The translations under genes were made by a program, and so were the position numbers. Below, piece by piece: positions 11,773 to 43,410 of a stretch of 64,000 bases of DNA (positions within the stretch are counted from its first letter, which is position 1; each line of letters opens with the position of its first letter). The notes beneath the pieces are model-generated. The model was not told the origin of the DNA and searched no databases. It worked only from the letters and a program-made list of their open reading frames with translations. The stretch comes from Macrostomum lignano (taxonomy: Eukaryota), in contig NIVC01001593.1 in NCBI GenBank assembly GCA_002269645.1, positions 1 to 64,000 on the forward strand, in the 5' to 3' direction.

Positions 11773-12754
11773 TGACCCAATAAACCGATAGTGATACAAA
11801 TTTCATATCAATTTCTGCCAATTACGCTCGTAAAGACGCAAGTGCGAGTAATAAACTGTAATCTGCTAAATGGTGCACTTAGCCAGTTTATTAGTGTGAA
11901 TGCGGAGAACATATCTGGATCTCCGTCCTTGAGAAAGCGCGAGGCAGTGTATGACATATCGATCTGGGACAGCGCATGTCATTTTTACTGCAGTTTGAGG
12001 GCGTGCAGAGTCTCATGATCGGAGCACAAAAAAACATTCAGCCAAGACTGATCGGTTTTTTGGCAATTCTCAAGAGTCCATTTAGTATGCTAACAAGCTG
12101 TGGACACTGGGGTAGGGGGGAGCCACTTAAAACCAGTCAGCGCATTTCGTTCTTGCGGCCTCGATCATTCCGGTTCTAGCTTAAGCTGTCGTGCAGTGGA
12201 AGTTTAAACTGCCTGCAACCGCGAGATACGCACTTGGATTGTACATGCAATCCCCTTTAGTGATTCGACTGTCCCGGCGAAAACTTTTAACAACTATATG
12301 CCTAATTTCGGAGCTGAGAGACGTTTAATTTAGCAAGAAATTTGTCCCTATGGAACAATTTTCAATTCTTATTCTGCATATCGGGAATTAAATTCACGAG
12401 CTGCTCTCCTGGGGGACATAAATATGCATAAAAATGCAAGAGGGTCGAAAATGAGAAACATCTTCCTATTTGCCGACGCTTAATTCCTTTTGGGACTGAT
12501 CGGCTACGATATGTAGACTAAGCAGATGTCCGGAACGTAGCCATTCCAGCAGAATTATCAATGGCATCACCGTATCGTACAGAAATACTATAGTAGCCAT
12601 CCAGATTTCAGATTTTTTAAAGTTTCTTGATCACTAAATTGACAACTCGTGCGGCTTTTGGACTTCCGAAAGGATTATGAGGCTGTTGCGTTTGGTCTGA
12701 GACTGACGACGGTAATTGTTTTGAAAAAAATATTCCCGGGTGCCATCACTAGAA

Positions 12755-13740
12755 TCTTTAGCACCAGGGGCTTTAGCACCAGGGGATTTAGCACCAGGGA
12801 ATTTAGCACCAGGGGCTTTAGCACCAGGAGATTTAGCACCAGGGGATTTAGCACCAGGGGATTTAGCATCAGGAGATTTAGCACCAGGGGCGCCAGCACC
12901 AGGGGCGCCAGCACCAGGGGCGCCAGCACCAGGGGCGCCAGCACCAGGGGCGCCAGCACCAGGGGCGCCAGCACCAGGGGCGCCAGCACCAGGGGCGCCA
13001 GCACCAGGGGCGCCAGCACCAGGGGCGCCAGCACCAGGGGCGCCAGCACCAGGGGCGCCAGCACCAGGGGCGCCAGCACCAGGGGCGCCAGCACCAGGGG
13101 CGCCAGCACCAGGGGTGCCAGCACCAGGGGCGCCAGCACCAGGGGCGCCAGCACCAGGGGCGCCAGCACCAGGGGATTTAGCACCAGGGAATTTAGCACC
13201 AGGGGCTTTAGCACCAGGAGATTTAGCACCAGGGGATTTAGCACCAGGGGATTTAGCATCAGGAGATTTAGCACCAGGGGCGCCAGCACCAGGGGCGCCA
13301 GCACCAGGGGCGCCAGCACCAGGGGCGCCAGCACCAGGGGCGCCAGCACCAGGGGCGCCAGCACCAGGGGCGCCAGCACCAGGGGCGCCAGCACCAGGGG
13401 CGCCAGCACCAGGGGCGCCAGCACCAGGGGCGCCAGCACCAGGGGCGCCAGCACCAGGAGCTTTAGCACCAGGGGCGCCAGCACCAGGGGCGCCAGCACC
13501 AGGGGCGCCAGCACCAGGGGCGCCAGCACCAGGGGCGCCAGCACCAGGGGCGCCAGCACCAGGGGCGCCAGCACCAGGGGCGCCAGCACCAGGGGCGCCA
13601 GCACCAGGGGCGCCAGCACCAGGGGCGCCAGCACCAGGGGCGCCAGCACCAGGGGCGCCAGCACCAGGGGCGCCAGCACCAGGGGCGCCAGCACCAGGGG
13701 CGCCAGCACCAGGAGCTTTAGCACCAGGAGATTTAGAACA
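12755..13740. repeat. 15-bp minisatellite AGCACCAGGGGCGCC (~65 units) with a duplicated variant block
   Basis: Visible array; the ...GGATTT/GAATTT/GGCTTT/AGATTT variant block occurs at ~12776-12880 and ~13165-13270. Confidence 0.95.
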
Positions 13741-15149
13741 AGGGGTGTCAGCCTTCCTTTGGCTCTGTCTCTGAATGTTGCATGACATGTATCCGTTCAA
13801 AACTTAACCTGAAAATACAATTACTAATGAATATAAATTAAACCTCTACTAACGATGATGAGCTACATGCTGACCATTAGCAGCTGTAATTGGGTTCGAT
13901 TGTGGTTAATTTCAATCGTGGCTATACAGAATCAGTTACCTGTGTTCTCTTTCTCAGCTGGCCACCAGGCCTCGCTTTTAAGGACCACTCACCTGAGTTT
14001 ATGCTTGGTAGCTTGTGGTGTGACTGAGTGGCCCAGGTCCCATTCGGTTCATGTACATGTGTGCTATAAACTACGACCTTCAGGGTATTCGAAGATTTAC
14101 ACACATCAAAAAGGCGCAGCCACCATCAGTCACCTGCGCAAAAGTAACAACTGCAAGGGATTGAAACACCTGCTAATAATTAGACGGGACTCCCAGCCTG
14201 CTACGTACAGGCAAAGCTTAAGGCCACTTGAAGTGTAGCCATGGCCGAGCTAAGGGACTCTATGCGAGGCATCAGCTAGTTGAAAAATGAATAGCCTATA
14301 AACAAGTGCTTGAGCGGGGACTTTTGCATTAGGGAATTCTTCCGCCTGGGGCTCAGAATCACATGGACGACTTCCGCATGAATCTCCGCAGTTAATTTTT
14401 TCCAGAAGATCGGACTCCAAAAAATACGCCCGTACACAATCTTTGAGTGTACATGTAGAGACCTGGTCGATGTATACATGTACTATAGTGGTCTTTGGGC
14501 TGTGATTGGCTAGTAAAATGGGTTTAGTGCGCGGTTTAGGAGGGGACCAAATTGAAATGTCATGGAACTGGGAGACAAATAGCTTACCAATACATGTACA
14601 GCATTGGCCGAGTTCGTTGAGTGTGTTATGCTTGGGTAATTTTGAACAATATAGCACGGAGATTTGGGTGGGCGACAAGGAGTGGGGTGGGTGTAGGGAG
14701 TGAGACATACCTGGATATCCCGGGTTTGGAAACAGAGATGGGCAGGCATAGGGAGAAAAATGTTAAAATTTACATTGTAGTGCAGGGCCTGGACAGCACT
14801 GTCATCATATTACGAGTAAATAATATATTAGTGTTTAACTGTAATTATATAATTTTAAACATAAAAGTATCCAACGGAATTTTTTTTAGTTTTTCGTTTC
14901 TGTGCTGTTTCTGTAGCCTGCCTTGGTTCGTACGCGATTTCCCATGACAATTTGGGTACGAGAGTATCGGTTGAACAAAGCCTGATGAAAGCTGAAATAC
15001 ATGGAACTCAATCGAAAAAATATGCATAAAAAATTTATACGAAACAATCGATCTAGCTCCATACTAGGCATTATTGCTTTACCTCATTAAATGGTCTAGC
15101 ATATTATAAATGCGATTTATAATAAACGCTGCATCATCGAAGCCTGTTA

Positions 15150-16250
15150 AGACGCACCAGCGCTCCATCTCAATTGATTTTGTCGACTTCCGCAAAGCTT
15201 TCGACTCAGTTGACAGACCTGCACTTCCATGGATTCTGTCCTACTATGGCGTTCCTTCCGAACTTGTAGCTGCTGTGATGGACTTGTACAGCGATTCAAG
15301 AGCGTTTGTTCAGTCGAGCGACGGCCCCACTGAAGAATTCAGCACAACTTCCGGCGTCCTTCAGAGCAACACGCTGGCTCCACTACTCTTCATTGTTGTG
15401 GTAGACTATGTTCTTCGCCGATGCCTGCGTGAAGATGATGGCTATATATGTGCTGGTCTCACGCCGAAGCTCCCGACATCCCGCCGTCTCGCTGCCTGCT
15501 CTCGCCTATGCTGACGACATTGCCCTTCTGTGTCGCGATCCGGCTGCTGCCCAACGGGCTCTGTCTAGACTCTATGAAGAGGGCACTCGAGTTGGCTTGG
15601 TGATCAACGCATCCAAAAAGACTGAGGTGCTCCACGTGGGCACTGCAACTACCCCTGCGCTAGCCCTTCCAAATGGAGAAGTCGTCAAGGTGTGCGAGGA
15701 CTTCCGCTACCTCGGCTTCCTTGTCTTGAGCCCCGACACCATTGTCTTTGACAGGAGGACTCAGGCCTGCCGTGCGGCACGCATGCTCAGGAGCGTCTTC
15801 AATTCAACCGCTCGCGACGACCTTAAGATGCGCCTTTTCCGCACTGCCATTGAGCCGATTCTCTTATTATGGCATGGAGGCTGTGCCAATTACTGCGACG
15901 CGACAGCAAGCGCTGCATGGATGCTCACTACAGGTCGCTGCTCCGCGCTATGCCCTGGGCGTACACTACCCCTGATACTGTGCCGACCAAGGACCTGATG
16001 ACTCGCGTTGGTGTTCCCGCGCTCAGCTGCACTGCCGTAAACGCCGTCAGATGTTATTTGGCCACTGCCTAAGAAGCCACGGCCGCGGCGAGAAAAATCC
16101 TCTGGCGCTGGCTCTCCTGCATCAGCCCACTGAGCGCCTGCGCCGCGTGGCCAAGGCCGAACTTTGACGCTAAATAATACGTTTCTGAATGAGTTGCAGG
16201 CCATCGGGCTCAACCCCAGTCCTCCATGACTTGCGTCCGCGCAAAGACTA
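15150..16250 (+). pseudogene. 5'-truncated, frameshifted non-LTR retrotransposon reverse transcriptase (RTE-like)
   Basis: Motifs FVDFRKAFDSV, GVLQxNTLAPLLF, LAYADDIALL, FRYLG and post-RT LLYGMEA split over at least three frames. Confidence 0.9.
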
Positions 16251-19200
16251 GCTAGATATCTTTTTGTCTGTGCTATATAAATCACGCCTTTCTATCCAAA
16301 AATTCTGATCATAGAAACTTTTCGAATAAATTCTTAACAAGTGCATAATTTCATTGAAAGAAGTTAATAAAGAGCATTTAAGGTAAAAAGGTTTTAATAG
16401 TCATTTATGTCATATTAATTTAAAGTTCTTTGTTTAACTAAGTTCACGGTATTGTAGAAAATTTCTAAAAAAACACTTTAATTAAAATGTTGAAACATAT
16501 TTTTTGTAGGATCGGAATCATCATGTAGAATTGTTAAGTGTTCTAATTTTTAAGCGCATGATCAATGATGATATCAGTTTATTATTATTTCTTTTTTTCT
16601 CTAAAATAGATGAAGTATGAATATAAAAAATATCCATTGAACCCTACTACAAATATAAACCCTATGTATATGTTTCCAGTAGGATCTTAAGATTAAAATT
16701 TAGAGGAAATTAGGCCTAAACCTAACTTGTATAATGTACAACTACACAAGTGAAGCAATTGGCTATAGCTAAAGTCTTTTAGTACATTGATGGAAATATT
16801 ATTAGAACAATCTTATCTTATCAGACTTATTATTATATTTTATATATATGCAAGCAAAATGAAATAATAATAATATGCATTTTATTAAATGTTTTACTAT
16901 AAAGTATAATGTGGGTCCTGTTTCCTGTAATTAATATAGGCCCCTAATAATGAGCAAAACTTGGTATATTTGAAATTATATATTTTTATATTTGTAGTGT
17001 TAGATAATAATATATATATATATATAGATATAATATTAAGACAGTTCTTTTCACTGGCATATGATATTTGTAGTTGCTATTGGTATCCTTTGACATTCGG
17101 CAATGTTGCACTTGGTTTCTTTTATATAAATTAATTAGTACAATAGGCCTTAAAACTAACAGTCTTGTTATATAATATAGATAGGCAATTTTCCTATTTT
17201 GTTTGTTTAATTAATTTTTCATTTGAACATAAACAGTTATTGTTTTTATTATTGATTTGTTATAACAAAATACCTAAGCCATAGTCCGGATCATGGTAGG
17301 TGTACACCGGAATGAAAATTCATGTTTTTTTCAATTTAATGCCAATGTAAAATAAAATAAAAATTTTACGCTGAAACTTCTTAGCTATTTATTATGTAGA
17401 TACATGATTAGGGAACCAGTTAATTTGGCGACAGGTTGACTCGGCAACAGCCAAGACTTTAACAATTTTTTACTTACTATAGCTAAGCTATGCCACCTAT
17501 TATAGTTATATTATAGGCCTAACACTTTTTGGTTTGCCAATTGCCAATTATAATGTAAAAGAAAATTAAAATTCCAATCTTAAATTTTGGGATTTTCCTA
17601 TGGCGGGCTATGCAGGCTATGCACATCAGCCTTAAAATTGCATCCTGACTTTACAAAATAAGCATCCTAAAATTCTATCCTAAAATGCAATTTTCCATTC
17701 TATTTTTATAGAAAATACCAAAATCTAAGCTTAATACAATGTAGTAAAGTACAGTTGAGTAAAGTAAAAGTAGCAAATAAAAATATGCAATTAATAAACT
17801 AGGAATAAAAAATTGAGAATAGAAATTGTTGATTTATATTTGTAGGTAAAAGACAAAAGTAAATTGAGAGATGATTTTAACAAGGGATTTAAAAAGCAAA
17901 AAAAGAAACATCCATAATAAACTAGGTAAGCAAGGGATACTTAGCTTGCATTAATAATTCATGCAAAATGCACTTTAAAAAATAAAAAAGGAACACTTAA
18001 ACAAAATACTATGGTTTGTATTTAGTATGTAATTTATCTTATAAATAAATGTCTTAAAATTGTTTTGCATCACAAAAATTTTCTCCTTATTGCAGATATA
18101 CAAAAAGACTACTATGTACATTTTGCTATTATTGTGAGTCATTCAGTTTAAAAAAATTGTCATTACCAAAACTGTTGCACGCAAAGCGCATAAAATTTTT
18201 TTGGCATGCGCCACTAAATAAACATGTATACATAAAATGAAAAAAAATTGTATACTCTAGAAAGTCATTGATTATCTTTTGTACTATTAAAATAAAATAG
18301 TGAAAAAAATTGCTAAAAAATAAAATTGAACACCATTTTTAGACATAATTTAATTCAGTTTAAAATTAAAATATTTATAATATTTTAAAAACCTTTTAAG
18401 ACATTTTTAGATACAAAATAAGTGCTTCCGGCACCTCAGCCAATGAATAGGCTCTTATGCCACTAGTGAAAACTAAGATTCCTAATAGGGAGTGTACTTA
18501 AGTATACTAAAAGCCAAGTTAGACTATAGAGGACTGTACATTGGGCAGAATCACAAAAACCAAACCTCCCCGGGGGGCAGTGACAGCGGAACAACATACT
18601 AGTCAGGAAGCCCGTGCCCAAAAAACCAGGTTGGATAGACCCCTTAGCCTATTAGGGTTGGCCCGAAGGCCAAGAGCCGTGGCTACCATGCTGGGGCCGA
18701 CCGCCCACCACCCCCAGGTACAAATCATAAACCTCCCCGAGGCTAGATGCGGTTTAGAGAACCATTCAGGGAAGCCCGTGCCTTCTCCTGGGTTAGAAAA
18801 GCCAAAAACCGGTCAAATGACCGCCCCCACGGCCGTGGCCACCCCGAGGAGCCTCCCCCCCAACTAAACCCCGGGTACTCTTGCCAGACAGTCTCTTATC
18901 TTTGAAGTGGCAGGAGGGCTAATTGCCGGAACTATTTCACCCTTTGCTTCACCAACCCGCCATTCCTATAGTGACCGTGCCAATGGTCTCGTCCTGCTCA
19001 GACTCAGTCCTGGTTCTGGCACACTCCAGCTTTAATAGGGTCGCTGGCTGTTCACTCAGAGGGCAAAAAAAAGACATTTTTAGTAAATTGTGCAAGTGCT
19101 CATTGTATGGGACATGAATGGGGAAACAAGACCCTCATTTTAATGTTCTGTATTTTATTGTAATACATTTTAACATTTTAACATCATTTGTTTATTAGTA

Positions 19201-19306
19201 TATTTATTTATTTTACAATAGATATATATTACAAAAAAATTTAGCAAATTGACTTGCTATTATCAAACCACTAACATTAAAGTCATAAGTCCAACTGAGG
19301 CTTATA

Positions 19307-19470
19307 CACCTCACTATGCCTTGGGGTTGGCCTTCAAAGGCATTAATTGCACAAGTAGACCTAAGCTAAGATTCCAATTTAGCCTTGAATTAATGTGACT
19401 ACATTTGGAATTAAGCCTAGGCTATTAGCATATAAGAGTGCTATGTTAGACTATTTAGGCTATGGCCCCT
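19307..19470 (-). mobile_element. Decayed copy of the SINE-like element at 1-132
   Basis: Aligns by eye: CACCTCACTATGCCTTGGGGTTGGCCTTC...TTGGAATTAAGCCTAGG...TATGGCCCCT; about 30 bp extra internally. Confidence 0.65.
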
Positions 19471-19768
19471 TACCAAAATTTATCATAGCTGCCATGGCAT
19501 TCTATTCCTATAGGCTACAGCTATACTAATGCAAAACACCCATTTGTATCTAATGTACTTCATTTCAAAACTCAAAAAAATTATATATAATTGTACAGTT
19601 TCTACTTATCCGAATTTAATCTCAATTTAATATTCTGATATGAGTAGCTGCACAAATGGCATTTCAATTTCACGACAACTAATTAAAATATTTCTAGGAA
19701 CTAAAACATAAATAAAATTTTGACCCACTGCTGGACCTGCTTAATAATCATCTGATTGCAGAAATTAA

Positions 19769-38435
<18,667 letters not shown>

Positions 38436-38814
38436 CTGTTGCATATTCAGAACTTGTTGTTGGATTTGGATTTAACCGGCATGCTTTTTGTAACAATTAA
38501 TCAGTCAGTCAATCAAGAGATGTCTGTTTTTAATTCGGCAGTTTAAATTATTATTGTTTTTTGTAATTACAGATTGCTGTTATTTTGCATGTGAATTGCT
38601 ATTATTATTATCATGCTAATTTAATAAGGCACTCAATTGCTGAGCTCTGCTTGTGTATTTCTGGGGCCATTGGATGCGAATTGAATCAAATTTCTATGTT
38701 TGTTTTGCATCCTATCTATTCCTTAGTATTACTGTGTAGTATTTTATGTGTTATACTCAACTCTTAACCTAACAATATCAATATTGTTTGTCAATTAAAA
38801 TAACCGCACAGACT

Positions 38815-39775
38815 TGACACTCCCTCAGATATTGGGGCTGCTGCACCCCTCAGATATTGGGGTTGCCGCACCTCAGATATTGGGGATGCAGCACCCTCAG
38901 ATATTGGGGTTGCCGCACCCCTCAGATTTTGGGGTTGCTGCACCCCTCAGATATTGGGGTTGCCGCACCCCTCAGATATTGGGGTTGCCGCACCCCTCAG
39001 ATATTGGGGTTGCCGCACCCTCAGAATTTGGGGTTGCCACTCCCTTAGATTTTGGGGTTGCTGCACCCTCAGATATTGGAGTTGCCGCACCCCTCAGATA
39101 TTGGGGTTGCCACTCCCTCAGATTTTGGGGTTGCCACTCCCTCAGATTTTGGGGTTGCCACTCCCTCAGATATTGGAGTTGCCGCACCCCTCAGTTATTG
39201 GGGTTGCCGCACCCCTCAGATATTGGAGTTGCCGCACCCCTCAGATATTGGGGTTGCCGCACCCCTCAGATATTGGAGTTGCCGCACCCCTCAGATATTG
39301 GGGTTGCCGCACCCCTCAGATATTGGAGTTGCCGCACCCCTCAGATATTGGGGTTGCCGCACCCCTCAGATATTGGGGTTGCCGCACCCCTCAGATATTG
39401 GAGTTGCCGCACCCCTCAGATATTGGGGTTGCCGCACCCCTCAGATATTGGAGTTGCCGCACCCCTCAGATATTGGAGTTGCCACTCTCTCAGATTTTGG
39501 GGTTGCCGCACCTCAGATATTGGGGTTGCCACTCTCTCAGATTTTGGGGTTGCAGCACCCTCAGATATTGGGGTTGCCGCACCCCTCAGATATTGGGGGT
39601 TGCCACTCTCTCAGATTTTGGGGTTGCCGCACCTCAGATATTGGGGTTGCCACTCTCTCAGATTTTGGGGTTGCAGCACCCTCAGATATTGGGGTTGCCG
39701 CACCCCTCAGATATTGGGGGTTGCCACTCTCTCAGATTTTGGGGTTGCCGCACCTCAGATATCGGGGTTGCCTAA
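38815..39775. repeat. 25-26-bp minisatellite CTCAGATATTGGGGTTGCCGCACCCC downstream of prominin
   Basis: Directly visible; each unit carries a GGGGT/ACCCC hairpin; no spacers. Confidence 0.95.
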
Positions 39776-40459
39776 ACTAATTGTTAGATTGGTTACTGAG
39801 CTAATTATTCTGAAAACGTGAATACTTACTTTTCTCTGCATAACTCAACAGCTTGCTTAAATGTTTTGTCTAAAGCTAGCAGAGACCGGCTGCATTTTGT
39901 GCACCTTGAACTGCACTAAACTGCACTGCTTAAGCAGCCTGGCTTATTGCCCACGTTTAAACGAATTTTATCTTCTTAACCGTACTACTTACTTTAAGCT
40001 ACTGTGTCAGTAGTATACGAATTCGTATCGTGTTTTGATCGCAATTTAATTGTGCAATATTAATAACTTCGCACGGATTTTATCAAGAGTCGCAAAAAAA
40101 TCGCATTGCATGGCTTTATTGACTACTCTTATTAATATATATGCGCACACAGTTTACTAGTCGCTTGTAATTAATTGTATATTGGCAATATTTTACATAT
40201 TATACTCACTAATACTGCTGTTGTTTTTAGTCAGCTAATCTGCGTATTTTTTTATGAAACATTTTCTGTTTTGTCTCCGTGTTTTTATGTGTCGTCTGTC
40301 TTTTTTCGTTTGTCGTTTGAGATTCTTTTCTGTCGTATGCATAAATAAATTTATAAATCTTCACATGATAAATATCAGTCTATAAAGGATTTTACCCACT
40401 GAAAACTTGCAAGATGCTCTCCACCGGATGATATTGTTCTATCAATTTTTTCTTCAAAT

Positions 40460-41260
40460 CCTCATTCATTTTGGCGCCATCCTCATTCATATTGGCGCCA
40501 TCCTCATTCATTTTGGCGCCATCTTCATTCATTTTGGCGCCATCCTCATTCATTTTGGCGCCATCCTCATTCACATTAGCGCCATCCTCACTTATTTTGG
40601 TGAGAGGCTTGGATCGGGACAGCTGCCGGCATGACAAAATTTAAACGTTTTGATTTATCTGCTGATTTTCCTTTGCTACAGTCTACTTTAGCACAATTGA
40701 GGTAAAGTTCACAAACATGTGAACCACCAAAATCAATTTTGGCGCCATCGACATTCATATTGGCGCCATCCTCACTCATTTTGGTGCCATCCTCATTCGT
40801 TTTGGTGCCATCCTCACTCATTTTGGCGCCATCCTGATTCAGATTAGCGCCATCCTCACTTATTTTGGTGCCATCCTCACTCATTTTGGCGCCATCCTCA
40901 TTCATTTTGGCGCCATCCTCATTCACATTGGCGCCATCCTCATTCATTTTGGCGCCATCTTCATTCATTTTGGCGCCATCCTCATTCAGTTTGGCGCCAT
41001 CCTCATTCACATTAGCGCCATCCTCACTTATTTTGGTGCCATCCTCACTCATTTTGGCGCCATCCTCATTCATTTTGGCGCCATCCTCATTCACATTGGC
41101 GCCATCCTCACTTATTTTGGTGCCATCCTCACTCATATTGGCGTCATCCTCATTCATTTTGGCGCCCATCCCCATTCATATTGGCATCATCCTCATTCAT
41201 TTTGGCGCCCATCCCCATTCATATTGGCGCCATCTTCATTCATATTGGCGCCATCCTCAT
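40460..41260. repeat. 21-bp minisatellite ATCCTCATTCATTTTGGCGCC in two blocks (40460-40600, 40735-41260)
   Basis: Directly visible; the blocks are separated by ~135 bp of unique sequence. Confidence 0.93.
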
Positions 41261-42163
41261 TCTGGCATCATCTGTACTTCAACGCTACATTTTAAATGAA
41301 TTTTGGCGCCATCGAGATCGACTTGCACTTTCGCTGCTCTAACTGCACATCATTAATTAATCTTTACATCGTTGCCACAATGTCGTTACATTGTACTGCC
41401 AAGCCTAGCTCTACTTGATTACTGTAGTAGCGGGTTCAGCTGCCATGCAACGCTTGTCTAATTTGCAATTCTACTAATCCCATCTACGTGAAATTTTGTG
41501 AGCCACCTGCTATTTTTCATTCCCCCCCACCATGCAGCTCAAGCCTGCTCAAAACAGTGCCTGCAATCGGGCTCAGCGAAAGGGAAAACAAAGACCGGGG
41601 GGATGCTGCAGTGATCTGAATGGCTGATGAGTGTGCATATAGGCAGACATCTGCTCTATTGAACAACGCAGCAGCTGCATAAATCAGGATAAAACCGCGG
41701 CCTCGTGCCCCGCTCATTCCTCCGCCGGATTGGAGCGACGCACGCAGCAAAATCGTACGGAAACTGCATGCAGCAGCCGATGGCGGAGCAATGAACTCGC
41801 TGGTGCCAGCTGCTGGATTCTTCGCGACGAGAACTTTTCACCGGCTGCCTAGCCTGTGCTGTAACTGTGTAAGCCGTGTGGAGCTGAGGCAGAGCACCTC
41901 AGCGATAAAACCCCCGGGTTCGGTTCCATAAGCGGTCAAATTGATTTGGGGCAATTGTGTGCACGAAAATTGGCCGGGTTGTGCGATTTTCGCCATTGAA
42001 AGCCAGCGCTTAAGGCACAGATCGAGTGTACAATTTGTACATACCAGCATGACAAGTAGAAAGTCAGCGCCATTGTACTGTACATGCAGTACACCCATAC
42101 AGGCAGGCAGGCAGGCAGACAGACAGACAGACAGACAGACAGGCAGGCAGGCAGGCAGGCAGG

Positions 42164-42218
<55 letters not shown>

Positions 42219-42264
42219 GAAGAAAGCACTCAACAATCACCGCCCCCGTCGGCACCTCTATCAG

Positions 42265-42542
42265 ATGCCCAGCATCCGATGATGCAGCCACCCAACCTCA
42301 GCCTTATCATCGGCCTGTCTGTGCTGGGATTCTTTCTCGGCCTGGCCGGAGTGGGACTGGCCTGTGGCGTCCACCGACACCGGAAAGGTTCCCGTCGGGT
42401 GGAGCCGCAGCAGCAGCCGGCTCAGCAACCATATCCTACCCAGCAAGAGCAGCAACAAAAACAACAGCAGCAGAAGCAGACAGTTGCCATACAATCTGTG
42501 CTGCATGTTAAGCAATTTGAAGAGAATTCGACTTCATTGTAG
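42265..42542 (+). CDS. Terminal exon of an orphan single-pass membrane protein; upstream exons unresolved
   Basis: ctatcag|AT GCC CAG (phase 1); TM LSLIIGLSVLGFFLGLAGVGLACGV followed by basic HRHRK and a Gln-rich tail; TAG at 42540-42542. Candidate upstream exons: microexon 40682-40701 and a segment at ~41670-41860. Confidence 0.55.
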
Positions 42543-43410
42543 CCTTTTTCTGAGAAAACTGCAGAGCAGCAATTGTAAATTGGGAGAAAAGCAACGCGCC
42601 ATGTACTGTTAGAGCTATTAGTCCATTCACATGTGTTTAAAGCCACACACAGCTAGAGCTTGATTGAAAGTGATTTCATAACGAGAGTGTTTTTATAAGT
42701 TCCTGCAAAACATGTCTTTCATTTGCTTTAAAATAATGTTGATGTTTGACACAATTTTTTCTCATACGTTCTTATTTATCTTTTTGACGGAGCTGCAATA
42801 CGCTCGTACATGTATGCTTTCGGTCACGAGATAATCAATTACAGCCGTAAAGATCGAACTAATAAGAAACCAGAAATATGATTATTATATAGTCTTTAAC
42901 GCCCAAATGAATTGATTGTTGCTCAATTCTGCTAACTCAATTGAATTAACATGCAGAACTGTGAGTCCATAATTCTATATATGTAACATGTGTGAGAATT
43001 AATGTTTATTCATGGTTTATAATCGATTGCTTCAATTTGAAAAGAGCACGGAGCACCTGCTGATCCATTAAAAAAACTGAATTTCTAACTGAAGCACCAT
43101 TTCAATTAACTGAGGCACTAGGAATATAAAATTAGTTGCAAGCGTGGTCTTTTAAACAAATACAGACATCTGTAACTTCGTTTTCAAGATTTAGTTTTAT
43201 CAAGCTAGCAGTTTAAATCAATATAAATGAAGTACTTCAGCTGCTTTTGTCTGAAGCTCCACTTTTGTTTTAACTTTTGTTTCCACGGCAATGGCATTTT
43301 TTATTTAAATGTTCGCTTTACAAAATTTATCAGCCGAACAGTTGAACTTTACCCGCTTTGCCTGCAGCAACGCTTTCAGCTTTTAGGATATACAAATTAA
43401 AATACTAACA

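Noticed and set aside
12634-13800. 388-aa GAPGA-repeat ORF resembling elastin/silk
   Set aside because: 15-bp unit leaves all six frames open; no signal peptide or splice context.
14250-14708. 152-codon minus-strand ORF
   Set aside because: Non-ATG start and no motif or splice support I could recognise.
38815-39775. Palindromic 26-bp repeats resembling CRISPR (also the 34-mer at 25915-26645)
   Set aside because: Head-to-tail units with no unique spacers, no cas genes, eukaryotic context.
40392-41175. NEDGAKM heptad-repeat ORFs on the minus strand
   Set aside because: 21-bp unit keeps frames open on both strands; the two blocks are in different frames; no synonymous-change bias seen.
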